Of a DNA stretch of 64,000 nucleotides, positions 13,561-26,749 are shown piece by piece (within the stretch, counting starts at the first letter, position 1; every line of letters begins with the position of its first letter). The stretch lies in the NCBI RefSeq assembly GCF_000002075.1, contig NW_004797471.1, positions 878,578-942,577 on the forward strand. The letters are read 5' to 3'. A program made the position numbers and the translations under genes. The notes below the pieces were generated by a model. It had not been told where the DNA came from. It did not search any database and saw only the letters and a list, made by a program, of their open reading frames with translations. This DNA is from Aplysia californica (taxonomy: Eukaryota).

Positions 13561-14084
13561 AGTGAACCACCAGAAATGCCCGGTTGCCACGGCCGGTTGT
13601 TTACAAATATGGGGGTGTGGCGGAGCCATCAGCTGAGATTTTACCTGCTCCTGAAAATTGACCATTTACGGCTAAACCAATGATAAAAGACTTATTAAAC
13701 CATATATTTTCTGAAAGCTGATATAATGAGCCATTCCAAAAATAATACTTATAAAGATGGAAAAGATTTTTATATGTTTTTTTTTATTGCTAGAAATTAG
13801 AATTTTCAAGTTTTACAGTTATTTAGACTAAAAGATTTACTTATGTGACTTACCTTGGCAAATAAATCCATTTTTTTTTACAATCAGAAACACACCACAG
13901 TAATAGTAATCCACTTTAAATAGCACAAACCTGAAAAAGAAGCATTAAAAAAATATTCTCCCCCTCTGAGTCCCTGGCACTGAATATCAGTTTTATAACC
14001 AGGTTGCAGGCTTGGGACTGCCTCGGCCCCTTAGAAGTAGCCCTAAAAAGGGCTGTTGAGGGGGGGGGGGGGGGGACGGACTGT

Positions 14085-15728
14085 TCAATCCAGCTGCTGC
14101 GGCCTCCTCTTCAAACCACGCTTATAGTCCCTGCAAGAGTGATAAATTTTGAAGCAAGGGGGGATATGCAGGCCTACTTTGCAAGAAGGGCACTCATAGC
14201 GTGAGTGTTTGCGCTTCCCAGGTTCTGAGCAAACGACGCAGTCACGCTGGGGGTTCTGAACCTTGGCACCTGGCTTGGGTACGATGAGTTCCGCAAAGTG
14301 ACAACCAGTCAGGCGGAGAAGTACAGATTCCCCGAGCTCAGTTGGCCTCGTGGTGTTGCTGAGAGGGGTGGGCATGAAGGAAATCAGAAGCTTGGCCAGG
14401 TCCCAGCGGAAATTGCGGTGGGTAAGCTTCTTAGCTGAAGTGGCTTTGTGCATGATGAAAGCGTTGAGGACGCTCAGCAAAAAACATATGGAAGAACACC
14501 TTCTTCCACCTCTTCAGAGTCCGTCGCTTGAAAGCGTTGTAGCTGACCATCTGATCGCTCCGATCAACCGCTCCCATATATTTGTTGTATTCCGCAACTA
14601 CCTGGTGCTTCCTGATGGGCACCCTGGTGACGGGGTTTGTGCGGCCTGTGTTGACGATGTCGTCATTATGCGCTGAGGTCAGCACATTCACCTCCCTCTT
14701 GTTGGAGAACCTCAGCAAGTTGAGGGTTCTGTTCTTGAGGCAGACTGAGGGATCGCCCTTCTTCAGCTTCGGGAGCATAGCTTTCGGGGGGGGGGGGGGG
14801 GGGGGGGCATTTCTTCTGTTCCGTCGAAGAGTTCCACAGGCCAGAGTGCGCTGGTTCTTCAAAGAAGTGAAGAGGTCGTGAGTTGTGTAGAAATTATCCA
14901 CGTACAAGACACGACCACAGCCGAGGAAAGACGTAATGAGTCGGTCAACGACGTCGTACATGGCTCCGAAAGACGAAGTGTCCTGCTTCCCGGTGTAAAA
15001 CTCCAGGTTGGAGCAGTAGCCCGTTGCACTGTCTCACAGTTCAAACACTTTCATGCCGAACTTGTCAGGCTTATCAGGGTTGTAAACCCGGAAGGCAAGA
15101 GGACCCCTCCAAGCCACCATGGCCTCGTCAATTGCGATGTTCCTTCCCGGCTTGAACACATGCAGAAAGTTGTCTTTCAGGCTGATGACAAAATTCCTGA
15201 TCTTGAACAGCGGGTCGTGGTCAGCATGTCCTCGTGGCACCTGCTCCCTGTTGTTACAAAGATGAAGAAAGGACAGAATCAGGCAGAAACGGTCCCGCTT
15301 CATGATCGACCAAAACAGTGGTAGGCTGAAGATCTCGTCCACGCTCCAGTACTCGTCGAGATCGTCAATGACGACGAGGCCCATGGCTATCACTAGCCCG
15401 AAGAAGGCCCACATCTCCTCGACGGTCACGTCCACCCAGCTTTTGAAACGGGAAGAAGGACTCACCTCCTTGTCTCGCAAGGTGTCAGCAGCGTATCTGA
15501 AAAATAAAGATAAAAACATATATATTACAAAACTGCAAAATATACGTGAACATATTTATTACTAATACTTACCACCACCAAGATATAACAACACAGTACA
15601 AGAACAAGTATATATATTATATTATAATGATATATGGACTCAACCTCATTGACAAAAATTTACACTTCTCATAATTTTCCTTTTTCTCTCACTCACACAC
15701 AAACACTCCCATCTATACTACTCATCAC

Positions 15729-15787
<59 letters not shown>

Positions 15788-16620
15788 TACACTCACATAC
15801 ACACTCACGCAAATCTCCTGTTTGTCTCAGTGACGATGGACTCCATCATCGTCCTGCTGATCAGAAGGCTCAGGTAGTCACAGGGAGTTGCATCTGCCTC
15901 CATCTCCACTTGCAGACCGTGGTCTCCAGTGAAAGAAAAGATGGTTGAGGTTGACAATCCCTCTCTCCATGCTCTGTTCTCTTCCTCCTCCCTGCCGTTA
16001 TCCTCCTCCACTTCATCTTCCTCCCCATCGGGTCGTCTGCGATTGATGGGATGTACGTTGCTCTGAGTCGAAGATGGCGACTCTGCAGGCTCCTCTATGT
16101 CAGAGTCGGCGCCGACAACTGATGAAAACTCGGTGATGAATGACCCACTGGGCCCGTCAGTCAACAAACTTCTCAGCACAGGGATTACTGAGGTCCTATA
16201 CCTCAAAACCAGAAAGCGATGCCATTGTTATCAGAGGAAAATCGTACAACAAAAGGCTACGAAAGCTATTCAAGAGTTGAAGCGATGCGGAACGAAGGCA
16301 AGCAGCAGTCAACCAAAGACGCGCAGTCGGGCAAAGTAGCAGCTCGAATGGACCGCATCACTTTATCGATCAATAACGAGACTAATCGACGCGGTAGCGG
16401 TTTGCAAATACTTGCAAACTCTTTGGCCACTATTTATAGTTATGGAGAGCAAATTTCTACGTCACTCACCATAAAAGGAATGCCAAAATTTTCCATTAAA
16501 GAAGGTCAGGGTCTGTGCCCTTTATAAAGGGCCTGCGCGCTCCCCGGTCAAAATAGGTCAGCCCTATATATAGGGCTTGCGCGCTTCCCAGGTAAACGGG
16601 GCCTCGCCCTATATATAGGC
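14085..16620 (-). mobile_element. piggyBac (PGBD4-like) element A; transposase pseudogene with an intron at ~15497-15808
   Basis: ORF pieces with AIDEAMVAWRG, LYVDNFYT, YNKYMGAVDRSDQ and C-terminal CVVC..CPSC..H; frameshifts, a stop and a poly-G expansion; subterminal GCCCTATATATAGGGC palindromes at 16517-16620. Confidence 0.9.
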
Positions 16621-17240
16621 AGAGCTGCCAACCTCAACCCATGAAAAGGTGTACAACTGATGTTCAAAAAGTGTAAGATTAAGAAAAAAAGTGTACAATC
16701 CTGAAATGGAAGGAAATTTGATATGTACCTAAAACTAATATACAATAATACAACTTACATCTTCAGCACAGCTTCCTCTTTACTTCTTTGTATGTAGTTA
16801 ATGGCGAGTATTACATTCCATGTGTCTCCAGAGTATAACAGTATTAACAGCCAGTGATCAGCCACAAGAGCATACAAACAGCAGATGAGAAAGAATAATT
16901 TTCATATTTACACTATGTACACTAACACTTTCCAATTGTATGGATAGTCAACTTATTTCTTAGCCAAGGAGGCAGCAGTGGCTGACTTGGCTTTTTCCAA
17001 AAGCTCCTTGGGCACTTTGTCTTTGAATGAACCTTTTGAGTCCTTGTTCTTCAGTAGACAGATGTAATTATTGACCTCATGACTGCTCTACGTTTTTGAA
17101 TCAGTGGCTCATCACCTTGAAGAATGGCATTTGCCTTCTCAAAGGTTGGAATCACATTTTCCAGGAACAACGCATACGCTTTCACTTCATCTGACAAAAG
17201 TTTCTTTAATACACTTTCGGCTTTGGCTTGTGTTGTTTTG
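16620..17240 (-). mobile_element. hAT terminus (CAGAGCTGCCAACC) plus internal transposase fragment
   Basis: Translation KAYALFLENVIPTFEKANAILQGDEPLIQ resembles hAT transposases; hAT-like terminus at 16620. Confidence 0.6.
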
Positions 17241-17249
17241 GAAGATTTG

Positions 17250-18172
17250 TGTGTTGTCTGCCTCGAGCTCTGGGTGGTATGCTGTCTGTCCGCCGTAGTA
17301 GGTGAAAACGTTACACAGATAACCTGTTGCACTGTCACATAACCCGTAAGTTTTTATGTGATACTTTGATGGCTTTGCACAGTTGAATTGTTTGTATTTC
17401 CACCTGCCTTTGAAGCCGATCACCATTTCATCAATTGATACGTTTTCCTGTGGATAAAAGGCGCTTTGGAAAGATTCCATCAGCTTTTTCAGGAACGGCT
17501 CCACTTTATCCTGGCTCTCGGCTTCCACTCCACGTGCGTGCAAGAATGTGTGGAAAAGCACTTCAAAACGCACCCTTGACATAGTTTGTCCATACCAGGA
17601 TGTCCTTTTGTGAGGCAGCTTGGTGCACCAGTAGCTTTTGATGCAGTCCCTGGGATCATTCCCAGTGGCAATGAGAATTGCCAAGAACCTGAAGAATTCT
17701 GATCTGGTCAGCGGGTCAAATTTGGTGTAAATCGAATGCTTCTTTGCAGGCGTGTTCATTTCAGTCAAGGTTCTGCCATACTCATTTATATTGTCCAGCA
17801 ATTTATCAACTGTTTCGGGAGAGAGAAGAGCTAGCAGACATTCCAATTGTGTTAGATTCTCCGTTATCTTAGCCTGGTTCACTCCTGTGGCATTCTGATG
17901 AAGGAACCTGTAGTTGTTTTGCGTCCGACCTTCTGTCACCTGTGACCACTGTAGTTCAGTTTGTTGAGCCAGGGTAGATCTAGCAGTCGCAGGTCTTGAT
18001 GGTCTGACTTCATTTCCATTGTTACCACTCTCATTATCTTCTCCAACTCTCCCCACATAGGCCCATCCCCCATGCCCCCAACAGCTGACGAGCCACGCCC
18101 ACTTTCCCCGTCGTCGTCACCACTAGAAGAAGAATCATAGTCTTCTGCACTACTCTCCACTACTATCGCCAT
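17250..18172 (-). mobile_element. piggyBac element B; N-terminal half of transposase, 3' truncated
   Basis: ORF 17187-18056 with NVSIDEMVIGFKGR, KPSKYHIKTYGLCDSATGY, YYG; acidic N-terminus in the upstream frame. Confidence 0.9.
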
Positions 18173-18559
18173 CGTTAAAATGCACAGAACTATGACTCAC
18201 ACCGGAAAAATTAGGGGGGATAGGTTTGAAAAAATCATGGTTAAATGTGTTCCATTCTTCAAACACCAAAATGAATTCACAGAACTGTCTCAAATTGCAT
18301 GTAGAAACTACTGTGCAAGTTTGAAAGAAATTGGTCAATAACTTTTTGAGAAATATTATTTTGAAGACAAAAACTTTGAGGAAAATGCGATTCCGAGAAA
18401 ATGACAAAAAACTGACACATTTGTGCAATAATCGCAAAATGTAAGGGCAAATCCATAAAAAGGTAACTGACATCCATAGAATACTCACACCGAGCATAAC
18501 TAACACGAAATTTGCTCTGAAGAGCTAAAAATCAGAATTCTCCAGCCCCATACTGAATA

Positions 18560-18742
18560 CTCTCCACAGCCTCTAAATCAAGTAACGCCTGTCGCTGATG
18601 TTGTTACAGACGTTACGTGTTGCAAAATGTTTTGTTGGCTCTGAAAAGCCTTTGCTCCCATAGCTTTCACTCCAAATATTTCCTCAAACTTTTTAAGGGC
18701 TGCATGACCTTTGCCTAACTCACAGACAAACATCGACATAAG
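18560..18742 (-). mobile_element. Mutator-like/Kolobok-type transposase fragment (continuation of 32259-32575)
   Basis: LMSMFVCELGKGHAALKKFEEIFGVKAM; joins ...FEVNTLMS at 32259 across the 8-bp TSD GACATAAG. Confidence 0.65.
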
Positions 18743-18754
18743 CAGAGCTGTTAA

Positions 18755-21700
18755 CACTTTTCCACCACATACAGTAGAGTGAAAAAACCCTTGGCTCCAC
18801 AAACATTATGGGCGGATGGCAGGAGAAAACAAGTGGGTTGACTTAAATGTCAACTGCTCTATTACATATGCATTTACCACCATGAAATTTTCAGGATGGG
18901 TGCACAAGTGGATGAGGTTTCTTGTTGTGAAAAAAAAATTTTTAAATTATGTCACCACTGCGGCCATTTTGAATAAATTATGTAACACTTACCTGAAATT
19001 TCAAGAAAAAGTCACTTCCTTCACTCCTTGAAAAGCACAAACACACTATACCCACACAAGTATACCCAAAAATTGCAATTTGACCATCTCTGGTTACAAA
19101 AAAGTACAAATAAAGGTGGCTGGGTGATTTTTGTGGCAATCTAGAGACATTATAAAAAAGTACCCCAACAGGTGAAAACGGAGGACCGAAAAGAGTGATT
19201 GGGGGTGTCTCACAAAAAGGCTTATTACTCAGTACCATGATAATCTACTGTTATAAAACTTGCAGGGCTGTTGGAGAATTGAATAATATTTGAAATTTCA
19301 CAATCATTTTTATCATGTGACTTGACAAAGATGGCTATTTTGAATAAATTATGTAACATTTACCTGAAAATTGACTAAAAAATGTACTCCCCCCCCCCTA
19401 CAAAAAGCACAAACACACCATATCCTCAATATTATGCCCTAAAAAGGTGATTTGAACATCCATGGCCAGTAATAAATTAAAATAAAGGTGGCTAGGTGAT
19501 TTGATGTGCAATTTAGAGCCATTATAAAAAGGTACCCCAAAAGGTGAAAACGGAGGACCGAAAAGAGGGATTGGGGGTGTCTAACAAAAAGGCTTATTAC
19601 TCAATACCATGATAATCTACTGTTATAGAACTTGCAGGGCTGTTGGAGAATTGAATAATATTTGAAATTTCACTGTCATTTTTATCCTGTGACTTGACAA
19701 AGGTGGCTATTTTGAATAAATTATGTAATATTTACATGAAAACTGACTAAAAAATATATAATTTTTTGACTCCACAACAAAAGCACAACATTTAGGCTGA
19801 AAGAAAGCACAACACTTAGGCTGAAAAGAAGCACAACACTTAGGCTGAAAAAAGAAAGCACAACATCGAGAACACGATATGTATGTGTATGTTCATGTAT
19901 TGCGGATTGTAGTTGTGGATGAATGGGAGAAATTTGAATTTGAAGTGTTGCAAAGCATGCTTGTGGTGTATGTAGCTACAAAAGATTCTAAATGTACTCA
20001 CTGTGACAAAATATAATCCAAATATGTGGGCTTGATCCAAGTGAAGAAATAGCACTACAACTCCAGCTGCTGCCGCGCCTGCCTGACGTCCGCAGCAGTG
20101 TGCCAAATCCTGAAACAGTCCCTTTCGACACACAAGGCAGTGTTGCACTGTGGGCAGTAAAACCTTGTCTGGGCCCGCTTCTTTATGGTCGAACAAACTT
20201 TGCACAGAGGGCGGTGTTTGGCGTCGGCCAATTTAGCCGGGAAATGCCCAAGCTGGGCAGCAGACAAGCGTTCGGCAGTGGGGTTTGGCTGGGCTCGAGG
20301 TCGACCCGGACGCATGCCCATATACGGCTTGACTAGCGCATCAATCACCGATGACCTAAAGTCTTTGACGCTGTCCGTTCCACCGCCCGCTTTATACAGT
20401 ATGTGTGCATTTACGAGGCAACATGTCTTTCACGTAGTGGTACAAGGCCATATACCACTTGTAGCTCCTGTGGGGGTAGTGGTAATTCCTGTGGAGCTGA
20501 TCAAAGTGATCCACCCCACCCATGTAGCTATTGTACGACTCCGCTAGAATCGGCTTTTGGACTGCGCGGAATCCTCCGGGAGTCTTGGAGCAGCGAATTC
20601 TTTTGTGCATCACACCGTTGCTGTGAACGGTGCTCAGCAAGCACACACGCTTGGTGTCATGCCAGGCCGTCGCGACAAGATCGCCAGCTTTGGCGAAGAC
20701 GGGATCGTCTCCTTTCCGAAGGGGAAGATGCACTTTTTTCAGCTGCTCCGGAAAGCCCTTCCGTGTCTCCACCACAGTGCCAACAGCACCCGTTTGTCTA
20801 TTCTGCAACTCCCTGAAGAGTCCCGGAGAGCTGTAAAAATTGTCGCAAAACAAAATGTGGCTCTTATCCAGGTAGCCGTCAAGGAGGGTCTCGACCAGGT
20901 GATTGGTAAAGGCTTTGCCGTCAGGGAGAGGGAAAAAGTCCTTACCTGTGTACACCACGAAGCGAAGGCAGTAATATCACACAGAATCACACAGACAGAA
21001 GCACTTGAACCCCCGCTTCGTTGGCTTGTCCGGCATATACTGTCTGAAGTGGCACCTTCCCTTGAACCTAGCCATGCTTTCATCAATGCTGACCTGCTGG
21101 TGAGGATAGTAGGCAGTCAGAAAGGACGGGCTGATGAGGTCAAGGAAGTTCTGGATCTTCTGCAGTGGCTTGTACCCTGCTTGCCCCCGTGGCACATGCT
21201 GTGCAGCATCACTGGAGAAAAAGAAATAGTTATCAGTGAAAACAGCAAGCATAAGTTTTGGGGTATTGGGGGGAAGAGGGTGAAAAAAATTTGCAAAACT
21301 CGTAGGTGAACAATGTGAAGCAGTTTCAAAAATTTACAGAAAGACAAATCAACAATGGTAAGTAACGGAGGCAAGGCCAGCCCACTGCAGCATTCAGTTG
21401 CATCTAAAATAATTAGCTCTAGGCCTAAGTAGCCTACTAAAGAGAAAAAAAGCGGATGACGAACATTTACATAAAAAAGTATATAACGGTAACCTAATCT
21501 CAGATCTAGCGGTGAATGTATCACTTGATAAAAACTGGAACTAGAATGTAGATCCAGTCTATCATAGCCTAGCTAATGTAAAACCTAGAATGCCTAGAAA
21601 GATCTGATCTAGATCTACTAAATCTAGATTTACAGTAGGGTATTTCACTAGAATTATTAGATCTACTTACCTGAAGTGAAAAAAGGCCGACAACAGCTTG

Positions 21701-22630
21701 TAGCGGTGCCTTGACATCACTTGCTTGAAGTGGATGTCGACGAGCCAGAACGAACGCCAGTAGTCGTCGATGCTGGGCTTGGGGTTGAGACCCATGGCGA
21801 TTTGCAAACCGATGAAAGCCTGCATCTCCTCGCGGTAAGTGTCAGACCACCTCTTTTTGTAATAGTTGGTTGCTGGCAAGGGGTCAAGACAGTGGGCAGC
21901 ATAAGAGTTAGTCTGTGTGACCAGGAGGTCAATCACAGCTGGTGAAAAGAACAAGCTGAAAAAATCAACACACCTGAAATTTTCAGTGTCCACCAACAGT
22001 CCTGGCTGCTGGCTAAAGTCTGGTAGCCAGTCATTCACATAACGGTCCCCTGCGTCGAATAAATCGAAGTTGAAGGTGTTTGCTGTCGCAGGGATTGGTT
22101 GTGGCCTAGCACTTGGACGAGGAGCTGTGGCTGTGGTCGTGCGAGTAGAACTAGATCTACGAGCGACAGACGTGCTCGGCTGCTGCTCGTCAGACGAAGA
22201 TGTCGTAGATCTAGGACTAGCAGACTCTTCAGATTCAAGCGCTTGTACGTTGTTTCCATCCCAACTAAGCCAAGAAATATCGCTGGCATTATCGGGAGCA
22301 GACTGCCCTGAGTCACTGTCCTGGCGAAATACCGTAGATCCAGATCTAGAAGTAGAGTCGCTCATTCTCGTACGTGTTCACTGCTCGAAAACTCGAAGAA
22401 AAGTGGCCGAGTGACGCTAAATTTCCCGCTAACTATTGCGAAACAAAAGGAAGTAAACACTCTTTAGATTAAGTGCGCATGTCACGAAAGGGGGGGTCAC
22501 TACAATGAACGACATTGTAGTTCTAGTCATCGCGATCCCGTTGTTATGGTACACAATCACCGATCGGCGAGAAGCGCCTCGAACGGAAATACTTCCGGCT
22601 CGCCGTACGGCGAGATGAGACAGCAAAGTG
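18755..22630 (-). mobile_element. piggyBac element C; near full length, transposase 22365-21671 / 21211-20055 with one intron and two frameshifts
   Basis: TTAA at 18751-18754 and 22631-22634, imperfect TIR starting CACTTT; catalytic motifs SIDES, CDNFYS, MGGVDHFDQ; Cys-rich C-terminus CKVC..CPQC..LC..C..H. Confidence 0.9.
18962..19790. repeat. ~371-bp direct repeat (x2.2) in the piggyBac C subterminal region, followed by ~22-bp repeats to ~19865
   Basis: GGC(C/T)ATTTTGAATAAATTATGTAA at 18962, 19333 and 19705. Confidence 0.85.
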
Positions 22631-22634
22631 TTAA

Positions 22635-22915
22635 AAAACATGTCTGGTGCTTCTTGTGCTCAGGGACTGGTTCGTCCCTGGCTTGAGCCCTGTTGTAGAA
22701 GCACCAGGAGTCGGGTCCCTCAGGACACATTTGTTTTGGAAAATCATCTGTGGAAACAACAGTGGAAATACGACGCCTCGATGGCCTCGGCCATCACTTT
22801 GATGTCCTCCTCCGAGGCTCCAGTGAAACAGATGTCGTCACCTGCAACCCGGCTGCCGGCAACACTCTTCACAGCCCTAGTAAAGTACACTTGCAGCTTT
22901 GCAATCTTCTCCTGG
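22635..22915 (-). mobile_element. Mutator-like/Kolobok-type transposase C-terminal fragment
   Basis: EKIAKLQVYFTRAV...MAEAIEASYFHC..STDDFP(frameshift)MCPEGPDSWCFYNRAQA. Confidence 0.65.
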
Positions 22916-23067
22916 GGAATAAATAAATTAGAAAAGGAAAAAGAAAATAAGCTTAGCAAATTCCCTTACCTTATCTGCCGCTCCGCGAATGCCAAATATA
23001 ATCCTTTCTGAATGCACAAACATATATACACTATATATGCACACACCAATGTCTACAGGGCATGACA

Positions 23068-24145
23068 TCACACACGGTTAGCCTCCGCCATCCGGATATC
23101 GGACGTGAGTGAAGAAGCACTTTTCGTGTACAGGCTGGGCACACTACAGGCACCCGAAGTTGGTGGTGCGCTTCCTTTTATTTCTGTAAAGCACCCGGAA
23201 GGTGTGAGAAGAAGTACCGGACCCAGCTGCGGAAGTCTGCGGTGTCTGCGGTGCTTCCCTGCTGCTTGTTGTTCCTCCGATGAGTTATGAAGCAATGTCC
23301 TCTGAAGTCCTGAAATCCGGACCAGCAGCGTCTGTTGTTGCTTGCCTTGGCAACTACAAAGGCGTTGTGGGAGGACACTGTCGCTAAATAAAAAAATAGC
23401 CGTCTCCACCATTTTGTTGATCTGGGAAATGAATGCGGAGAAATGAAGTTGAAATAAAACTTGTAACGTGAAATATTCAAAGGGCCCAAGAAAGTAATTT
23501 TTTGGAACGAAGTTGAAGTGAAAGCAGCTCATCTGAAAGGAAAAACACAATTTACAAGAACTACAAGAAAGAAAGAAAAAAAAACACGAAAAAAAAGAAA
23601 GTAAAATCTTGGGATCATTTTTTGTCAGGAGCTGTGAAGTAAATTTAGTGGAATGAAGTCTAACTATAACCTGTAATGTGAAATTTCAAAAGGCACATGA
23701 AAATATTTTTTGGAAATTGGAACGAAGTTGACCAAAATTGGAAAAGACGTACCTGTGGTTGATGATGTAGTATCCAACCATCTGATCCATTAGATCAACG
23801 CCTGTCATGTGCTGCAGGTGGTCAGAAAGGCATCTCGGTACAGTGACGGCCCGCTGGTTCGAATTTCCTTTCCGTCTCATGACAGTTCCGGTGTCCATCG
23901 GCGAATGGAAATTTGAAAGCACCAGGACATTCTTGGTATCCATCCAGTTGCAGAAGGTCAGGTCGTTGAATTGCCCCACTCTGTACTGATGCTTCTGCAA
24001 CTGGAGGGCTCTGGGCAGCATTTCAGTGGACAGGCCTCTCCTGTTTGCTCGGATGTTGTCAGCTGGCTGTATCCCCTTGCCCACCAGATCCTCCATGAGT
24101 AAACAACTGGAGTAAAAATTGTCCATGAAGACTTGTAAATCTGCT
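23068..24145 (-). mobile_element. piggyBac element D; C-terminal transposase fragment with an intron at ~23421-23751
   Basis: VFMDNFYSS...WMDTKNVLVLSNFH...GVDLMDQMVGYY / STKWWRRLFFYL. Confidence 0.85.
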
Positions 24146-24234
24146 GAAAGCAAGAAGGGGTGGGTGGTGTTGGAAAAGGTGAGGACTGGCCCAAGGAAAT
24201 ACTCTAAGCAAATTGAAAAGTCCAAGGGTGGTCT

Positions 24235-24510
24235 GTCCCTGGAGAGCCCTGGCGAACACAACACAGGAGGAAGAGTCGCACCGGAAGCCGTAATGACAGG
24301 GTTCAACACCAACCTCTCCGCCACCTCACCCTCCACACTCCTCCTTGCTGTCACATATCCTGGCTTCTCTCCTGAAATAAAAAAGTGCTGGAGTTTCTTG
24401 ATACCAGGAAAGGACCTGGACCACGGCTTGAAAAAGGCTTGCCTGTCGTAGGTGGGAACATTCCTTTCCTGGTAGAACTCTCCACCACTGACTGGAATTC
24501 CCGGAGGGAA
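24235..24510 (-). mobile_element. Second Sola-like transposase C-terminal fragment
   Basis: NVPTYDRQAFFKPWSRSFPGIKKLQHF...PGLSRDR aligns by eye with VPTYDW..GIKSFHHF..GLSAQRQ at 12.5-12.9 kb. Confidence 0.6.
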
Positions 24511-24519
24511 TTGACACTG

Positions 24520-24950
24520 TGGCGTCGGATTGAGTTTTTGTGGTAAGATTTTGATTGGTTTGTTTTTGTCTAGGAATGTGTGAAGTATGTCTTCCACCAC
24601 ATCTGGTGGGAAGGATGGGGGCACCCACGACAGGTACAATTTTTTTTTTCCCTAGTTAATTTTTGGATATATGCGTGTGTGTAGGTATCTATTTGGAATT
24701 GTGTGTCATGAAGTAGTGATTCTGGTACTGAGTCGACAAATGTGAGATATATATTGAAAGACGTTGGGTTTCTATATATGCTTACCACTTCTCGCTCTTG
24801 CAGTCCATACCTGGTCGTTACTTCGTCTATTATCTGTGGGTTCCTGATGCGTCCCGCACCCTTTCCGGTTAGCTTGACTATGTAAGTGTTTGCCTCGTGT
24901 CGTATCAGCTCTGGCCGGTCGGTGTACTTTAGACTCGTCTTGAAGATCAT
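24520..24950 (-). mobile_element. Putative non-LTR ORF1/gag-like fragment
   Basis: MIFKTSLKY...IYLTFVD...(frameshift)YLSWVPPSFPPDVVEDIL; similar to the 26380-26649 fragment. Confidence 0.4.
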
Positions 24951-26379
24951 GGCTGCTGTTGAAAAACGATAAGAACAAATGAGTGGGTAATAATGGCTCA
25001 ATACTCACCAGACTGGGAGGACCGCCGTCGTGATCATGGTGTCCCGGGGGCAAAAAGTGCAGACTCACCGATGAGTGCTGGCCAGTCAGAACTCGCCAGA
25101 CGAGGTAGGCCTACTGCAACAAGAACTGATTCTTGTTCCGTCCGGCACAGTTCTTGGACTTCTTCACTTTTCTTCATCAACTAAGAAAAGTTTGTCTCCA
25201 CGAAGCCCATGCTATCGGTTCATGAAAGTGGAAATTAACTGGTGGTTTCATGTTTCTTACCGTGAGGTTTCTCCACGTTATATCCTACTCTTGTGTGGTT
25301 GTTCTGTCTCACTCACTCACTTCTGACACCATGTAGCAAGGTTCACTTCACCAGTCAAATGACCCCCCAAAATGTGACTGCGAGGTAGAAAGACTGTACT
25401 TACCGACTGGCGTCAACTCACTGGTAGGAGAAGATGTGAGGATCTGCAAGGTGGTGACGCGCCTGCGCTGGCCGGCTTAGATCGCGTCGACAGGCCCTCA
25501 GAGGTCACTTCGCCGGCAGCTACGACAACGTCGGCCACTCTGGTCTCTAGCAGAACTGAGACGGATCAGAAGGGGCGCACAGAATTCCCGCCTCGCCTTT
25601 ATACCCATGTTTCAGCGCCCCTAGTGTCACGGGGCTGCAACTCTGATCGGCCCACCCAGCGCCCCCTAGTCTCATGGGCCCGTAATTCTCAATTATTCAT
25701 CTCTCCAATAACACAAAAAACTAGAGACACAAAGACAGCTTTATATACACCCCAGACCCTATGCTCTCAGAAGCCATGAATCTCAAGACAATGTGAAAAC
25801 TGCTCATGGAGTGTTTACAATGAAAGGGAAACAACTGATAATGTAGTGGACAAGCAACTGTGATGGATTATGTCCCATATCATTACACTCATTCACTCTA
25901 GAATCTAGTTCTGACAATCACAGTGTGGGTGTCATAGGCTATTCTGCGTATGTTCACTAGATCTAGCTTTGCTTTGTCTCTTTATAGTTTCTTTTCTGTC
26001 GCTGGCACTTACCGACATTAAATCTAGATCTAGTGTCATTGGAAGGGCATTGGCATTGATTCCACGCAATTTTTGTTGGTCTACTTGCGATTATATATTG
26101 ATACTGACTTACTATTTACCTAGCATAAACGTAGAAATACTGAGAGGGGGGCACAAGAGGTCAGAGCAACACTTCCAATCAAAATGTATACAAACCTCGT
26201 GTTCGGTGGTTGGAGCGTTGGTGGTGTCGGTGGTCACAGTGGTGGCAGGGGTGTCGGCTGTCGTTGCTTGTGGCGGTCTTGTGGTGGTGGGGCGTCGTCC
26301 TTTTAGTCGGTCAGCATAGGTCGCGGGTTCCGTGGTGGTGGGGGCGGTCTTGGTGGCGGGAGTGTCGTCGTTTATTTGA

Positions 26380-26649
26380 ATAATGGTCCACTCGGGCGCA
26401 GTGTAGGCAGGCTTTGCGGCGTCAGGGGAGGGTGACCATTATATTGAGCGGGTCCGGCCCGCAGCCCGAGATCCTCACGTAGTGCGGGACGTCGTCGGGG
26501 TCGGCCTCCGCTAGGACGGTGTGACGGTCGTCCGAACCGTATCGTCTAGGGAGGAAGTCTATTTGGGAGTTTGGTTTGGCGAAGGTCCTGACGACTCGCT
26601 TGATATTTTCTTCAGAGAAAGTCACCGGGACCCATTGGAGGTATATCTT
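26380..26649 (-). mobile_element. Putative non-LTR ORF1/gag-like fragment
   Basis: KIYLQWVPVTFSEENIKRVV...DVPHYVRI...IMVTLP(frameshift)RRKACLHC; ends at an N gap. Confidence 0.4.
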
Positions 26650-26749
26650 NNNNNNNNNNNNNNNNNNNNNNNNNNNNNNNNNNNNNNNNNNNNNNNNNNN
26701 NNNNNNNNNNNNNNNNNNNNNNNNNNNNNNNNNNNNNNNNNNNNNNNNN

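Noticed and set aside
20557-21309. 250-aa plus-strand ORF and similar + ORFs across 12-34 kb
   Set aside because: Shadow frames antisense to transposase coding sequence, with no recognisable motifs.
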